A stretch of 64,000 nucleotides of DNA from Octopus vulgaris (GCA_951406725.2 OX597828.1:31310001-31374000), one strand, 5' to 3'; counted from the stretch's first letter, positions 39,706 to 55,431 are shown. A program made the numbers and translations. Notes: generated by a model from the letters alone, not told the origin.

Positions 39706-40536
39706 TGCTTCCATATATACCTTTCGTATATTCGGACACGTAATTTAATTTTTCGATAGCATTTCAATAGAAAAGTACAAATCTGCAAGCAAGCAAAAAT
39801 ATTTTGCATTCACACTCTCATGCACTTGCACCACACTGCTATAAAACTGTCTATATATATATTTTATGTAAATAAATATCTATCTATCTATATCTCTATA
39901 TAATCATATATGTATATATGTAGATATATATATATATATGTGCGTGTGTGTGATGTGTGTGTGTGTGTGTGTATATTTGTATATGTATATTTACATATTT
40001 CTGCTGTAATATTGAGCATTCATCATTAAGTCTTTATTCAATCTGGCCATACGACTCGAGGCAAAAAAATTTATCTTGACATACTCATTAGGAGAACACC
40101 GAATTCAAATACTATACAATGATGCTTATTTCTTTATCTTGCGTTGTTAAACTGCTGGTTTCATTAGTATATGGAAAATATATACCTTTGCTGATTTCTT
40201 TTGGATAGAGAAGATAATTTTTTATTAATATTTTCTTGTCAATTTTCTATGAATTTCTACATTTTGTTGTACATATTTACTGATTGTTTTCGGCTCACTC
40301 CGAAAGATGTTGTTTGGTAACGTTATTCGTTTTGTTACTATATTTTTCGCCGTACATTCTTGTTAAATATTCTAAAGTTGTTGTTTCTTCTTTCCGAGAC
40401 ACAAACTTCTTTCATGATATCTTGACTCTCAGCTGGACTTCATAATTATCATGTAACTTCCAGCATGTACGACATGGCTTCTTATATTGTAGTACACATA
40501 CATTGATTCATATATTAGTGTGTGTAAGGTATCCTG

Positions 40537-40586
<50 letters not shown>

Positions 40587-41099
40587 TACACACATATATA
40601 CAAACTTACATATATGTTTGTGTCTGTGTCTGTGTTTGTGTCTGTGCGTATGTATGAATGTATGTGTGTCTATCTGAGTATGTATGTATATATGTATATA
40701 TACAACACAATGTAGTTTGATCGATGATAGAGCGACATAGGACTATATGCACGCATATACACACATGCTTACGTGCGAGTGGGAACACGCACACGCACAC
40801 ATACACGCACACACACGCGCATATATATATATATATAACATAAAAATAAAGCCTAAAATAAAGCCTAGATAAAGATTAGAAGGACAACACTTCGAAATCC
40901 CCATGAACTTTTCTTGTTTACACATAAAATATTTGCACATTAGCAAACGCCTTTTTGTAAATCATTGATTTAATGTCTACCTAATTATCTATCTATCTAT
41001 TTATATGTAGATATATATGCATATATATATGTATATATATGTCTGTGTGTTTATGTCTATCTATATATCTATATATGTATATATATGTCTATGGATCTA

Positions 41100-41147
<48 letters not shown>

Positions 41148-41337
41148 TATATATACATATCTATATATATATGTCTGCATAATAAATTAATAAATAAAAC
41201 ATATGCATATATACATACATATATGTACGTACCTACCTCTACATGTATATATACACGCATTTATGGGTACAAGTCACCAAAACAAAAGTCGAGCACAATG
41301 AGAATCGAAGGCATATGTATATACATATCTATATGTC

Positions 41338-41373
<36 letters not shown>

Positions 41374-42061
41374 GAGAGAGAGTGAGAGAGAGTGGGTGTT
41401 AGATATAGATAGATATGAATAGATATATATCTTTATAAATAAATATATATGTATAAATTTGCACATATTTATATATAAACCCACTCAAACAAACACGCAA
41501 AGACTCATAGACACACATATATTTAACGTAAGAACGTATACTATATAGTCATTCAAACAACAACAAAAAAACTGTTTATGATGCGTTATTGTAAAAGTGC
41601 AAATAATTGTTTTGAGATTTTTGCATATTTATATATCTGGCATAGTTCAACACATCTTTTACTAACGTCAGCTCTTTACATATATTTTCATATTATGTTG
41701 TAGCTTTTATTAAAACTTGATGATGTTTTTACTCAGGCTGTAACCGATATATGTTAATTATAAACATATTCCATGAGATAAATACTAAGCGACACACTCA
41801 TATATCCATATATTTGCATTGATAATATGCTTTAGAGATGAAAAAAATAATATCGTGCTTCGTCTTTTGAACGCATCAAACGTGTTGTCTTTTTATTCAG
41901 TGATACATTTAGTAATGCATATTTGTGTCACGACATCAAAGCCAATGACTCAGAATGCGTTTTCGCTCTTTTTTTCACATGTATAAACTGTCAAATCACA
42001 CACACAGACGCACACACACACACACGCGGACACACACACATACACACACACGCATACACGC

Positions 42062-42099
<38 letters not shown>

Positions 42100-42102
42100 T
42101 TA

Positions 42103-42153
<51 letters not shown>

Positions 42154-43124
42154 CTTGACTCATATAATATATATATATCGTTTTATAGATTTATAACTGA
42201 ATTAATATTGTATATTATATCTATCTATCGATCGATCGATCTATCTAACTATCTATCTATCTCTCTATATATATATTTATATATATGTGTCGTCAACAAT
42301 GAATATATATGTATGCGTACGCTGATGTATGCATGAATATATGGGTGTGGTTGTGTCTCTGTGCATGCGTGTCTGAGTGTATGTGTGTGATGTGTTGTGT
42401 GTGTTTATGTGTGTGTAAATGTCTATTGATCGGTCCCTGTAGAATTAATGCTTTATAACGACAGCCAGACTTCCATCGTAGGAAACTGATCTTCTTTTAA
42501 GTTTCGTTTCTGCCTCCCTCATACATCCTAAATTCTCTCACTGACTATACCAATCACATCCCTGCTACAAGTTGTTCCTCTGACGAGAGACTATACGTTG
42601 ATTGCCATTCTGAAGATTCCCGTGTGAGCTACAATACTGATCTGCTCTTCTTTGCTTTTTCGATATGACGTTACTTCGTTTTTTTTCGCCAATGTTTGGA
42701 CAATCTTTATACATACCGGAGTATAAACTACTGATGTATATACTATCATCGAACTTCAGTTATTTATTTTATTTCAGTGGATATTTCTTCAACTGTTTGT
42801 ATTGGTAAACTGTTTAACCAGACACTTGTATTATACACACAATATCTCCATAATGTTAAATACGTCAGGCCTGTCATGGCTCTGTTAATATACAAGGTTA
42901 TATTTGAGTAAAGGTTTTATATTAATGTTTCCTCTATATATTTATTGCTTTATAAGCAAATTGATTAGTGTACATGGGTTTAAAGGTTCCTGTTTTGTAA
43001 AAGTAGAGTTTGGTTGCTGTTGTTTATTAAATTTCTTCTTTTCTAGATATATGCTAAACTGGATGTGATATAGAAGGTGTGTATTTATCCATGTATACAA
43101 TGAAAATATAATATACTCTCTCTC

Positions 43125-43534
43125 TCTTTTACTCATTTACTTGTTTCAGTCAATTGACTGTGGCCATTTTGGATCAGCGCCTTTAGTCAAGCAAATCGAC
43201 CCCAAGACTTATTCTTTGTAAGCCTATTACTTATTCTATCGGGTTCTTTTTGCCAAACCGCTACGTTACGGGGACGTAGACCCACAAGCATCGGTTGTCA
43301 AGCGATGTTGGGGGAGACAAACAGAGACACACAAACATATACACACACACACATATATATATACATATACACGACGGGGTTCTTTCAATTTCCGTCTACC
43401 AAATCCACTCACAAGGCTTTCGTCGGCCCGAGGCTATAGTAGAAGACACTTGCCCAAGGTGCCACGCAGTGGGACTGAACCAGGAACCATGTGGGTGGTA
43501 AGCTAGCTACATACTGCACACCCACTCCTGCGCC
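43125..43534 (-). mobile_element. Full-length SINE family B
   Basis: High identity to 5444-5852 over the whole length. Confidence 0.9.
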
Positions 43535-43579
43535 TATAATATAATTATAAAAAAATATACAAAAATATACAAAAGAATT

Positions 43580-44440
43580 CTTTCAGTTTTCTTGCGTACA
43601 AGGATACATGTTATGTGTGAAAACGTAGGTTTGTGTTGTTAGATTAAAAGAATCTATTGTTAGGAGTTTAGTTGAATGTAGGGAGGCTTCTATATAACTT
43701 CTACTGTTATTGTTTAGTGTAAAATTGTAAAGCCGTAAGAGTCTTTTGTTTGTTTCATATTCTGAGGATGTTATATGGTGCATATGGTGTAGTTTGAGAG
43801 AAGAGCGTTGGTTAGATATTAACAAACTTATTGTTTTGAAGAGTTTTAATGTTTTTGTTAGTTTGTGCTTGCATGAAGAAACGACGGAAATTTTGTTGTT
43901 AATGTGTGTACTCTATCGTCTATTTTAATCTTAGCTGATAGTTCTTTGACAGTGGTCTTTATATCTTTTAAAGCAGCAAATGCTCTTTGTTGTTCAGTAT
44001 TGCGATACAACGAAAGAGATTATAACAGGTTTTACCTATCTGGTAAAGGTTATTTGTTTTGTCCGATTTTACAGATATATTGGGACTTGTTTTCATGTGG
44101 TTCATTTTCTGTTTTAGGTCTTTCTGTAATTTGTTGGTCCGTTTGTTGAATATTATTTTTCCGATCAATCTTCGAAAGATTTAGCTTTGTGTTGGGAGAT
44201 CGAAGTTTAACCATCTGTATTCCATACTTGTTGTCAGGCTGTTTCCCCTTTTCTTCATTTCCTGACGGTAACGTTTCAACCTGAAGCCTTTTATAACGTT
44301 TTCTCTCTTTTGTAGTAATGTTTTTAGGTAATGCTTTTTGGTAGGTATCGGCAAGTTTTTCATACAAGAATATATACTCGTACACAAGTAAACTGAAAGA
44401 AGTCTTTCTTTTAGGTTTTCCTTTTTATTTTGTATTCTCA
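43580..44440 (-). pseudogene. Penelope-like element, N-terminal RT remnant (second lineage)
   Basis: VKSDKTNNLYQIGKTCYNL (KADKTxNxY motif) and KELSAKIKIDDRVHTL (KIAxKLKIDDRV), typical of PLE ORFs. Many stops and frameshifts. Confidence 0.65.
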
Positions 44441-45951
44441 TTTTTATACCTGAATGTATACATACCTTCGCTATCAGGCACCTTTAACGTACATCTAGTA
44501 CAGAAAAAAACAAGGAGAGAAAGAAATGTGTGTAGCAGTTAACGATCTATCACGGCGTCCTGACTTCATATATGAAGGCTTAATTTTTTATTAATCCTAG
44601 AGTACAGATGCATTGCGGAATGGATTGTTTTTGCGTCTACGGTACTATTTAGAATCCACACAGACCGAGGCCAATCCAAAAGATATACCTCCTACAAACA
44701 ATTTTCACAACGATATTTTACACTCAACATTCATCTGTCCATCACTTTTGATCATTGAGTAATCAGGGATATCCAACCTACTACAGCGACGTCGGATATC
44801 CCTTGTTAGACAAGTGCCGCAACAGCTTAATGGGTGAAGCTTCATTTCAACTTGTAATCCTTTGATTTCAATTTTATACCATTACAAAGATCAGGGGAAA
44901 GGGGTTCAGGTTACAAAGGACGGTGTCCTGTACTTTCAGTTGTTTAAACACCATGAGAAGCGACAAGAGCAAATGCGTGACGGGGTTGAGTAGAATTGAT
45001 AATGTCTTCTAACTTTACTCTTTCGAATAATTTGTTGATCCTCTAAAGTCATCCAGTATAAATATGCTACGTTGTTAGGAAGGTAAATATATATTTTTAA
45101 AGCAATCATCATAAATATCCTACTTTTTAATGCATTTAATGTGAAGAAAATATTCACTGATTATATTGTATTTTCCTCATCCGAAAATTGTTCCTAATTT
45201 AATGCAATAAGATTCGTTGTTCGCACTGAATCACTTACGCTGCTATAATGCAACTTTTACTTTTCGTGTACATGTCATTTTGGATTATGAGACATTATAA
45301 TATATGTTTACGAATATAGAGCGCGATCGAAGTGTTTCTCCAAAATTGACACACGAAGATTGCACCACATATTTCACCTTCCATTGACTGTGAGTACGAT
45401 CAGAGTCAAAATAGAACGTAGATTATATTATAAAAATATAAAAATCAAAACATGCTGTCGCTTTTATAAATATTGGTTAGATAATGTTAAATCATTAGTT
45501 CACTAATAAATATATTTTGAATTTACTATGTCAACACAACCTCATACTTATTACAAGAAAACTGAGTCGCTATCCAAATTAAAAATTTAGTTATATTGCT
45601 CTCATTATGTTTTATGTTTTGATGATCAAAAAAATTAACACAAATATCTGTCAGTGATGTTTCCTATTAAATATGTATTTTTATCGCGTACTGGATTAAT
45701 TTATTGTGCATCTAATTAGTGGATCTATGGACGCATTAAAATCATGTTTAGAAAAGTTATATCTCGCAATGCAGCAGCATAATGCCGAAATATGTATAAT
45801 TATTCTATTAAATTTACTGAAAGAAATAGATCATGAAGATATAATTTATCGCTTCCGGCCCAACGGAATTATGTATACTTAGCGTGTTCACGTGCATCGC
45901 ACTAATATTCATACGCAGATACACACCAATATATAGCATGTGCATATACAA

Positions 45952-46010
<59 letters not shown>

Positions 46011-46059
46011 CATGTTGCTGGGGTCATAATTTGAGTAACGCTGTAAATAATACATTATC

Positions 46060-46295
46060 ACAGTGAATAATAATACTTTCTAATACGAGCACAATACTCG
46101 AAATTCCGGTGGGGATAGTATTAGTCGATTACGTTCATTCCGCTGCTCGTCTGACACTTAAGTTATCAACCACGAAAGGATGAAAGGTAAAAATCGACAC
46201 CAGCGGAATTTGAACTCAGAACGTATTGAGTCGGACGGAATGCTTTCAAGCATTTTGTCTGGTTTGATAACAATTCTTTGAAACCCGCCATCTTC
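46060..46295 (-). mobile_element. SINE family A
   Basis: Reverse-complement match to 4339-4500 (aaaggatgaaagg...ggaatttgaactcagaacgta). Confidence 0.8.
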
Positions 46296-46742
46296 ATTGC
46301 CATAGAGGATGATAACAAGAAATATAGCCTTTGTACAATAGGTATAATTTAATCAAATTCCAAGCTGCTTAGGCAAGATGATGCAATGACAAGTGATTTT
46401 TATAAGACAAGTAGTAGCTACTTTGAAATAAAATAGAAAATATCTATCAATCGTATAATGCTCCTACCTCATATTTAATCTGACATTTACTTTCAATCTC
46501 CTCTGGGTCTTCCTCTTCCTCATCCCCTTCCTCCTACTCCTACTCCTACTTCTATAACCAGATCTGACTTCTGCCTTTACTCTCATCCTCTTACGTTATC
46601 ATATTTGTCTTTCTTTTAATCTCTCCTCCCCTCACAATATATGATTTAAAATGTGAATGGATAAGTCGCACAAGAACCCAACCAAACAGACGACCAATAT
46701 GTACATCGACTGTTTAGCTTCGAAAAGTATCGTTACCGCACC

Positions 46743-46807
<65 letters not shown>

Positions 46808-46985
46808 GATGCTTAGGTGTATTCCTTCCGACTTTACGTTCTGAGTTTAAATGAGGCCAGATACATCTTTGCTTTCATCCTTTCGGACTCGATAAAATAA
46901 GTACGAGTTGAGAACTGGGGTCGATTTAATTGACTTAACTTTTCACCTAAAATTGCTGGCCTTGCGCCAAACTTTTAAATCAATA
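46808..46985 (+). mobile_element. SINE family A, 5'-truncated, following (CA)n
   Basis: ttacgttctgagtttaaat...ctttcatcctttcgg...actggggtcgat. Confidence 0.8.
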
Positions 46986-49900
46986 TGTATATCGACTATT
47001 CATACATAGAGACAGCTTAATACCGAAACAATCTATATAATTCTAATATCTGATAAGATGTCTCGTTTCACGTAAATATTTATGAATGCGTTAACTTATT
47101 TTTCTAAGTACTAATAATTTCTAAGAAAATATATTGAACACGCAATATCACATATTAGTGCTTCATGAAATAATGCTGCGGAATATTGGAAATGTCCATA
47201 AATTATAGCTGCTAATTCTTTTGTAATAAGGGAACGGATTTTTTCGTTTTCAATGCTCCATCAATGTCTGATTATGACAGTGAATTGCCTATTTAATATT
47301 TGTTGATAATCGCTGATCGATCACAATGCTCAAAATCATCCTTGAATGCTGTGCCAATATTTTCTATAAGAAATTATAATCAGCAGCCATTTTGAAATGA
47401 CAGGTTCTCATACGTAATAATATCATATTAGCACGTTCCCTGCAGCAAAGGAAATTCATATGTTGGCTTCAGATGTAAAATGAAAACCGTTATAGCACAG
47501 ATGCATATTAATTTCCGGTAGTGGATCAGTATTCCATAGATATTGAGAAACCAGCAATCAGGATTGTCTTCAGACTAAATGGGTTAATTCTATTTTGAGT
47601 TAGCTCTGTTGTTTTAAAATGTTTAGTTCTCTTCTCTCACAAGCCACAATAGTGTTAGGAGGAATAAGGCAAAGGAAATATTCGTTCATTTGACTTTGGG
47701 TAGAAACGTTTTCGAAAAAAATAATTTTTAATGTTAAATATCGATTTATTTTCCAATAAACGCAAACAACCAATATTTTATGGGAATGGAAAATTGATAT
47801 TGTCATGTTTATACTTTTTCTAAAAACATTTGTCGCATGAAAATTTACATCTTCTCCACTTCATCAGTGTTTTAAAATTTCATTTGACTCGCTCACAGGT
47901 TACTTTCTAAGTAATCAGTCACTATTTAATTTAACCAAGACTGATATTCAATATGAGTTATGAATTTGAAGTTTCGATATATGCTGATCTGACTAATTAT
48001 TTACTCCGGTCAAAGCGTACATTTGCCTCTAAATGTAACAATCCCTTCTTTAGAGACATCACCTCATAATTTCTAAGTATTGATTTTCCATACAACAGAA
48101 AATTTTAAAGATTTTAGTCGATTGAATCGAAAGGTGTGGTGAAATAATGTTAATTGTATTCAGAGCTGTTTTAAGAATAGTAGAATTAACCCTGTCCGGA
48201 TTTGATCCTAAAAATTATTGAACTAACGCTAACATATAATGTTTTGTTATCTACACCTACTATATTTTTATCACCCAATATTTGTTTTAATCAGCAGTCT
48301 ATACTCTTCGCTTCTAGTAGTCTCCTGTGTGAACTATTCTAACATAGCTATGATAAAATTCTTTACAGTTAAAATTATTTCCTCATTTATTTAGAGAACG
48401 GCAGAAAACGAAAAAGAGAAATAGAAATTGAGAATTAAAGCGAAAGGAACAAAGACCGCATGCGTGTGTGTGTGTTTGTGTGTGCTTGTGTCGTGTGTTT
48501 GTGTGTGTTTGCGTGTGTATGTTAGTGTGTGCGTGCAGCGATTATTACACAAGGAATAATTTGTTGAGATACCTAGGAGGTGAAGCATCGGAATACAATT
48601 GTCGTCGTTCGATCGAGAACTAGATGTTTGATGCAGTCAGAGCTATTCATCTACTTTTAGCGAATATATTCTCTACCGTGGTTTTAAAGTCAAATATATT
48701 TTTGCCGAAGTTTTAATGTAAACGTTCCAAACGAGAAACTAGTCGTAGCCACGTGCTTAGTCAAAAGATGTGTCATTGAATTCAGTGAACGTAGAATCGT
48801 TAGGAAATATCTAAATATATGCTAAATTAACAAGTCATTATACTGAGATGAATCAACGGCAAGATCTGTGAAACACCCAACAGGACACGCTTTGATGTAA
48901 GTCACGTTAGTATTAGATCGTGGAAAGTATTATATTCGATATTGTTATATCGTTAGCAATAGTTGCATGAATTCAACTGTTACTGTGAACAGTGTTTTCT
49001 TCAATATTACCAAACCAATCACTCTGTAACTGCCACTGTAGAACACAAAGTAGTTGAAAGTATCTTAAGCCTTTTCAATCCTGGGATTTATGAGTTACCT
49101 TTAAGTAATGAAGTTAAAACTGTGACTGCCAGCTCAGATAAATGAACTTGCATTAAATCGATAAAGCCGTGAAAAGAAAACAAGTGTTAGTGAAACTCTT
49201 ATGTTAACAAACTTGTCACTCCGCATCATACTTTCTCACCCACTTCTCTCTCATTGATATTTTTTTTCTTTTTTCATTGGTTAATCTCTTAATGGAGCTG
49301 CAGTTTTCTGGTGCCGGAAGAAGTTATGGCACTAATGGTAATATTATAAGTGATCTGATTAAAATGAAATTCGTACTAATTCATTTAGTTTTTGACATGA
49401 ACACTTCCCATCACCCTCTGCTTTTTACAGCTCCTTTTCCACCCAATACGTCTTTGGCTGCTTACAGAATTGGTTTCTACGTAATGCTGCCTCCACCGGT
49501 ATTCTTAATTCTAATTGTTCTCTTCTTCATTGCAGAAATATTTAGTATTAGAAATTTTATATATTTTGCATTAACTTTTTGTTTCTTTTGCTTTTAATTA
49601 ATATTTGATGCCATTAATTTTCATTTTCTTTTTCCTCTTTCATTTCATTTTCCAATTTTTCTTTCTCTTTTCTAGTATTTAAATACTTGTGTTATGCGTT
49701 TCTCTTTTTAATGAAATGTAATGTGAATGGGGAAATTAATTCTCTGATTAATGAAAGGAATGCTTTCAATACAAGCAGTGATTTCAACGAGCGTATATTT
49801 GTTGTGATAAGATTTCCTGGTAAAACACATTCAATGAGTATTGATTTACATTCGCAGTTTATATATGTACCGCTAGATCTGTTAATCCCTTATGCGTTTA

Positions 49901-52900
49901 TTTAATAATTTCAAGCACTTAAAATAGAAAAAAACATTTTAAATACGTAAGTATATGTAAGTTTATATAAGTAGATTTCCGAATTATTTAAAACTTGTAT
50001 TTTCTTCTGGGTAAATGTATCAAATCACTAGACACTTGTATACACTCCATCGGCAACTTGTCATTAAATGTATATTTTACACTCAGATATCCATTGTCTT
50101 CTTTCAGTTGAAATTAATGGAAACGTTCATAAATTTTGGAAAATATATATTTCAAAATAATTTCTTTATTAATTAATGCAAAATTTCATGATGTTTAAGA
50201 TTAGAAACTCCACCTCATAAATAATTAAAATTAGATATTTGAACGAAAGCTGTCGATGATTTCGCAAGGACATTATTACAAGATACGTTGAATCAGATAT
50301 ACAGCTCCTCTGATAAGAACACACAAAAATGTCACTGTTGTGTTGCAATTGAGCCCCAAATAATATATTATTCCAAGAACTATTATACATGAGGATCGAA
50401 TATAGTTTTAGTTGATTTCATATCCATTGATCCAAACAAAACGGTACTTCACTGTGAAGGAACGTAAGATATATTGTCCTTTTTATCATATCAGGTTTTT
50501 GTCAATATAAATATAAAAACAATTGTGAGAAATACTAACAGTCATTATAGTAAATGCTGGTGAATGATAGTAAATGTGGGATTTCTAAGCTGAGTTGAGA
50601 GTAATAGATGAGTGGCATTCGATACTGAGATTATACAAGTAGACAATAGATTGAGACTTTCAATGTACATGATTTAGAACGTTGGATGGTTTGCAGGAAA
50701 GATGGCTGATGAACGAAGTGAGCTCTAGAATGGTATGGATTGAAAAAGTATTCAAATAGACACGAAATAAGAAATATAAGTTCATATAAAGAAAATTACT
50801 GTATCAAGCGGAAGGTTGCAGTTTCGCACAGAATGCAATCGGTGTGTTCAAATATGAGAATGTGCCCCCCTCTCCCAAGTACTCCACTGTTGAATTATTC
50901 GGTAAAACCTCTCACAAAACTGAGCATTAATTTCTGTTCGCTGAGAAGGCTGCTAGTATTAGCGCGGTGTTGCCGGAGAAGCTAAAAAAATGGCAACTCT
51001 GGGAACTTCAAAGTAAATAACGGAACTTGTAACAGGCAGAAAGTTTGGCGTTCACGATCAGCAGATGATATCCGAAGCGGTCACCTATTTTCTGAAGTGC
51101 TTCCCTTATGTATTGGAGTCTAATTGGCCAGTTTTTCCCCAAGTCTCCAGCCGAAAAATATATTACGATTGAATTAGGTAGATGTAAACTGTGTGGATAT
51201 ATGTTTATATATACATATATGTGTGTATGAGCATGTGCGTCGTGTGTGCCTGTATGCGTTTTTGACATGCACGTGTGTGTATGTTTCCTTTTATTTGTGC
51301 GGTTCTCCATCACTTTACAACTTGAGTTGATTTTCCAATTCCCGCAACGTAATGCTTCAACAATTGAAATCAATAGACTAAGTAACAAACGTTAAAAGTA
51401 AGACGTGATGACGATTTGTGAAGCTATAGCCCTGGAAACGGGAGCCTTCCATGGTTCTGGTCAAATCAATGAAGCAAGACAGAGATTAAAATGTTTTAAA
51501 AAGTCAATGATGCGCTAATTTGAAGGAAGTAGATGTTGAAATAGTATACCGTTATAATAGGAATATTGAAGATGCAGTATAAAAGAAGCAACCCTATGTA
51601 CATACACAAAATAAGAGAAGGGTAAAGTGTTGAATGTTAATTACTTAAATTTCTGTATCGCATGCTTAAAATAAAGAATACATACCGATAATACATTATA
51701 GTTCAAATGTTGAACACAAGCTGTTTGCTGCGGCGGTGTATTTCGATATGAGATAAAGACAGAAAACGCTCGGAGCTTGAACGCATTTTGGAATTCGATA
51801 CTCATTTAGCAAAATGTATATTTAAGTCTTATGGCACCAAAAGATATGCATACGATATTTCGATAGTAAATTAAGCGGAAAACGATTATAAGATTAACTA
51901 CACGAATCTTTATTCCTAGAGGCAATCGGAGTTATAAATTATATTTTTGCCAATTTGTTTAAATTGCAATATATATACGCATGGAGCTATCATATTAATT
52001 GATATGGAGATTACTCAGAATAAATTAGGATTTTCTTAGTGCAAAATCGAGGCAAAACAATGAACATTATTGCACTCAGTGAAATAAATGGGAGGTAACG
52101 GATTGGAAATGCTGTCTAATTTAATGCAAATATTCATTAAACATTTTTCATTGAAGGCAATATTGTTCTAAAGAATATATTGTTATCGTCTACACGTGAA
52201 GTATGGCGTAGTTATAGATAACTATTATATTAACTTTCAGAGATATCCATGGCTATAACTATTTTATATTGTTATGTGTATTACAGCTAAGAAAGCAAGC
52301 TCATTTCTTACAGAGACGTCAATGAATAGTGACCTCGTATGGACATCAGTTACCGCTCCCAATTTGAAAAATTACTGAATAGATGAAAATTAAATTATAT
52401 AAGCTTATACATTTGAAATTACCTAATTCTTTGCAACAGTCCATTTTACGAGATATCATAAATATCTATGTGCATAAAATGCAAATGTTATGTCAGAATG
52501 AGTGAAATAACGCCGATAAATTTTGCTAATCTGAATATAAATGCTTTTCTGTAATCTGAGCTGTATTTATAATAGTTGTGCATATGATATTGTGTCTCTC
52601 CTATGTGGGTTAAATACATTCCTCTTATTCAGATAAGTCGATCCTTCGGTTAACCTTCGTGAGCATATAGCCACATGACAAATGCTAGTTCAATGCTTGA
52701 ATACAATGTTTAGCATTTCTCAGTTACTTGAAAATCTTTGCATTTTATAATTCATGATTGATTTTTCTTGAACGTATACTGTTATAGAAAATAATTAGCT
52801 CATTAGAATTTTCAGTGTAATCTAATATTATATAGAACAACATACATCTATCACATTCATTCTCTGTATCTACATCATGTTATGTTGACTTTTTCTCCTG

Positions 52901-53589
52901 TAGGAAAATGGCCCTTTCTCATTTATCTTAATCGAAAGTATATGGCCTCACATCTAGTACAGGAAAATTTCTTACGCATGACACTGGCGTTTGTAATTCC
53001 TATGAGAATAAAATCACTAAACTGAATTACATATTTACTCTCCAAATTTCGCAATTCCAAAGTTCACAATGCCAAACCTGTGGATGTTAAACCCGAATTT
53101 AATCTCTAACTAATTTGACAGTGATATAAAGTACAAATATTCAAGCTTTCCATTCCTTACAAAACTAAATTCGTTACGGGACAAGAAAAGTCAGTATACA
53201 GACCGTAACACAATGTAAATCTGTGAACCTCGTATCACACTTACTCCTAACATTTCTGGAGAAAAAAATAGACAAAATATTATTACAAGAAATTTATTAA
53301 TGCCAAAACTTATTCATCAGTATCAAATTACACGTAATTATTTTAGTGTCTAAAACAAGAAAACATTTCCGTGTCAAGTATGGACAATACAATATACTGG
53401 AAAATATACTACAGAGTAAATTAAAGTTGGTTATAATGTCTTCTAAAATAAATTAGCATCGAAACATTACTTTGATAAATACAATGTAATTTGATAAGCA
53501 GACCCACAGATTTGTGGATAGCATTACAGAAAGCTACTACACGCCTGAGTTGTAAGTGGAGAAGAATTTTGACAGCATGTATTGAAACA

Positions 53590-53929
<340 letters not shown>

Positions 53930-53959
53930 ATGTAGTTATATTATTATTATTATTATTGA

Positions 53960-54345
53960 TAAAAAACGGATAAGAAAAGGCAAGAACAAAGCAACAACGT
54001 GAGAACGTGATACATGCAAAGTATTAATAAGGCGCTCAGAGAGGGAATGAAAAGGTTGTTGTTTCACGTTTAGAGCAAAAACCTTCTTTGGAATCAGGGG
54101 ATATAAGAAAGTCAAAAACAAAAGGAAGAAGGAGGAAATATATCGAAAATGTAACTACACGTGAACAGTTGCTGATTTTTTCCTCCTCCGTGTTGGACTT
54201 TCCTGTCCTCTATTTCCGAAGATGAGCTTTGCTCGAAACGAGAAACGGCCATCCTTTCTTTCCTTCTCGGAGCGTGTTATTAATACTTTGCACGTACCAT
54301 GTTCTCGCGTTGTTGATTTTTTCTTGTATTTTTTATCCGTTTATT
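53960..54345. mobile_element. Divergent inverted pair of pLTR-like repeats with degenerate HHR
   Basis: 53960-54140 is a diverged reverse complement of 54172-54345 (tgcaaagtattaataa/ttattaatactttgca; aaacggataa/ttatccgttt). Core ccgaagatgagctttgctcgaaacg at 54216-54240. Confidence 0.75.
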
Positions 54346-54508
54346 CCATTAACTTTCTACCGCACGCTCACCCAGACACCCTTCCTGCCCACTGGCTTTT
54401 CAGTACCTAATTTGCGAAGTGCTTTCTACCATTGGATTACATCACGTTACTCATTCGGAGTACGCCGTATTTGCACCTTGATTATATATGTATATATATA
54501 TATATATA

Positions 54509-55026
54509 TTTAAAATTGAGGATAAAATCTTTATAAGAAATTATCAGTAGTTATCGTGAAAAACCTCGTAAGGGAAAAAATCCGTAAATGTTTCCACTTT
54601 GAAAATATTTATTTATATTATAAAGAGGGTACTACTATTCATAGATACCGCACGCTAGGAGGGACCCTTGTGGTTAAAACTACTAAAATAAACAAAATTG
54701 TACCGAATGCAAAACTTCAAAGCAATTCACTAAAAAAAAGAATTTAGTTACATATCACCTGTGATTTCGCAATTAATGCAGAATATGCATTCTATGCTCA
54801 TCAGTGCAATAAACTCAAGACATATAAGAAAAAACATAACATTACAAACCCGACAGCCAACCGTAGAATTCGTCGTAGCATGTACGAATGTTTATCTTTA
54901 CATATCTATGAAAATGGCGGGCTTATTCGCAATGCATTTCGGTAACCAAATTGCTTACTCGGAACAAAAATTCAGTATTGATCTATTTCGGTGAAAAATA
55001 TAAATTTAAAATTGAGAATAAAATCT
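54509..55026 (-). mobile_element. Retrozyme-like ~496-bp unit with terminal redundancy
   Basis: tttaaaattgag(g/a)ataaaatct occurs at 54509-54530 and again at 55005-55026 (period 496). One complete HHR lies inside, and the unit starts in a (TA)n tract. Confidence 0.75.
54740..54816 (-). ncRNA. Complete type I hammerhead ribozyme
   Basis: GAGUUUA-UUGCA-CUGAUGA-GCA-UAG-AAUGCA(UAUUC)UGCAUU-AAU-UGC-GAAA-UCAC(AG)GUGA-UA^UGUAA-C-UAAAUUC. All three stems pair; the triplet is AUA. Confidence 0.88.
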
Positions 55027-55361
55027 CAAGATAAACATTCGTAAATATTTTAAGGTATCTTTGGTCCGATGAGTAGCTAGCGTATTATCCCACGTTTGGA
55101 TATTTACTACTTCTGAGTTTCTTTCTATTTTACTCAACTCCCGAAATTTGAATTTCTATTCACATGCGCAGAAGATCCTGCTGCTAAATGTAATCTATAA
55201 AATATTTTTTCAGCTTATCGAACTTCGATACGGGAAAAAACCTACAACCTTCTACATCAATAAACCACGTTGGCTGCTGAAAGTTGTCTTTCAAACGTCC
55301 TTCGGTCTGCTCGAAGTTTACTATCTTCCTACACATTGACCCTCGTATCTTACCTTTACTG

Positions 55362-55424
<63 letters not shown>

Positions 55425-55431
55425 GATATTA

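Noticed and set aside
39397-39809. Many overlapping ORFs rich in YI/IY, HT, CV, YLSI or N repeats (here and throughout the window)
   Set aside because: They are translations of (TA)n, (CA)n, (ATCT)n and (AAT)n microsatellites, which lack stop codons in several frames.
42575-42635. CUGACGA...GAAG possible decayed hammerhead
   Set aside because: The core is incomplete and stems cannot be assigned.
44765-44802. agggatatcc/ggatatccct hairpin upstream of the second Penelope remnant
   Set aside because: It could be a relic HHR stem II, but neither the CUGANGA nor the GAAA core survives.
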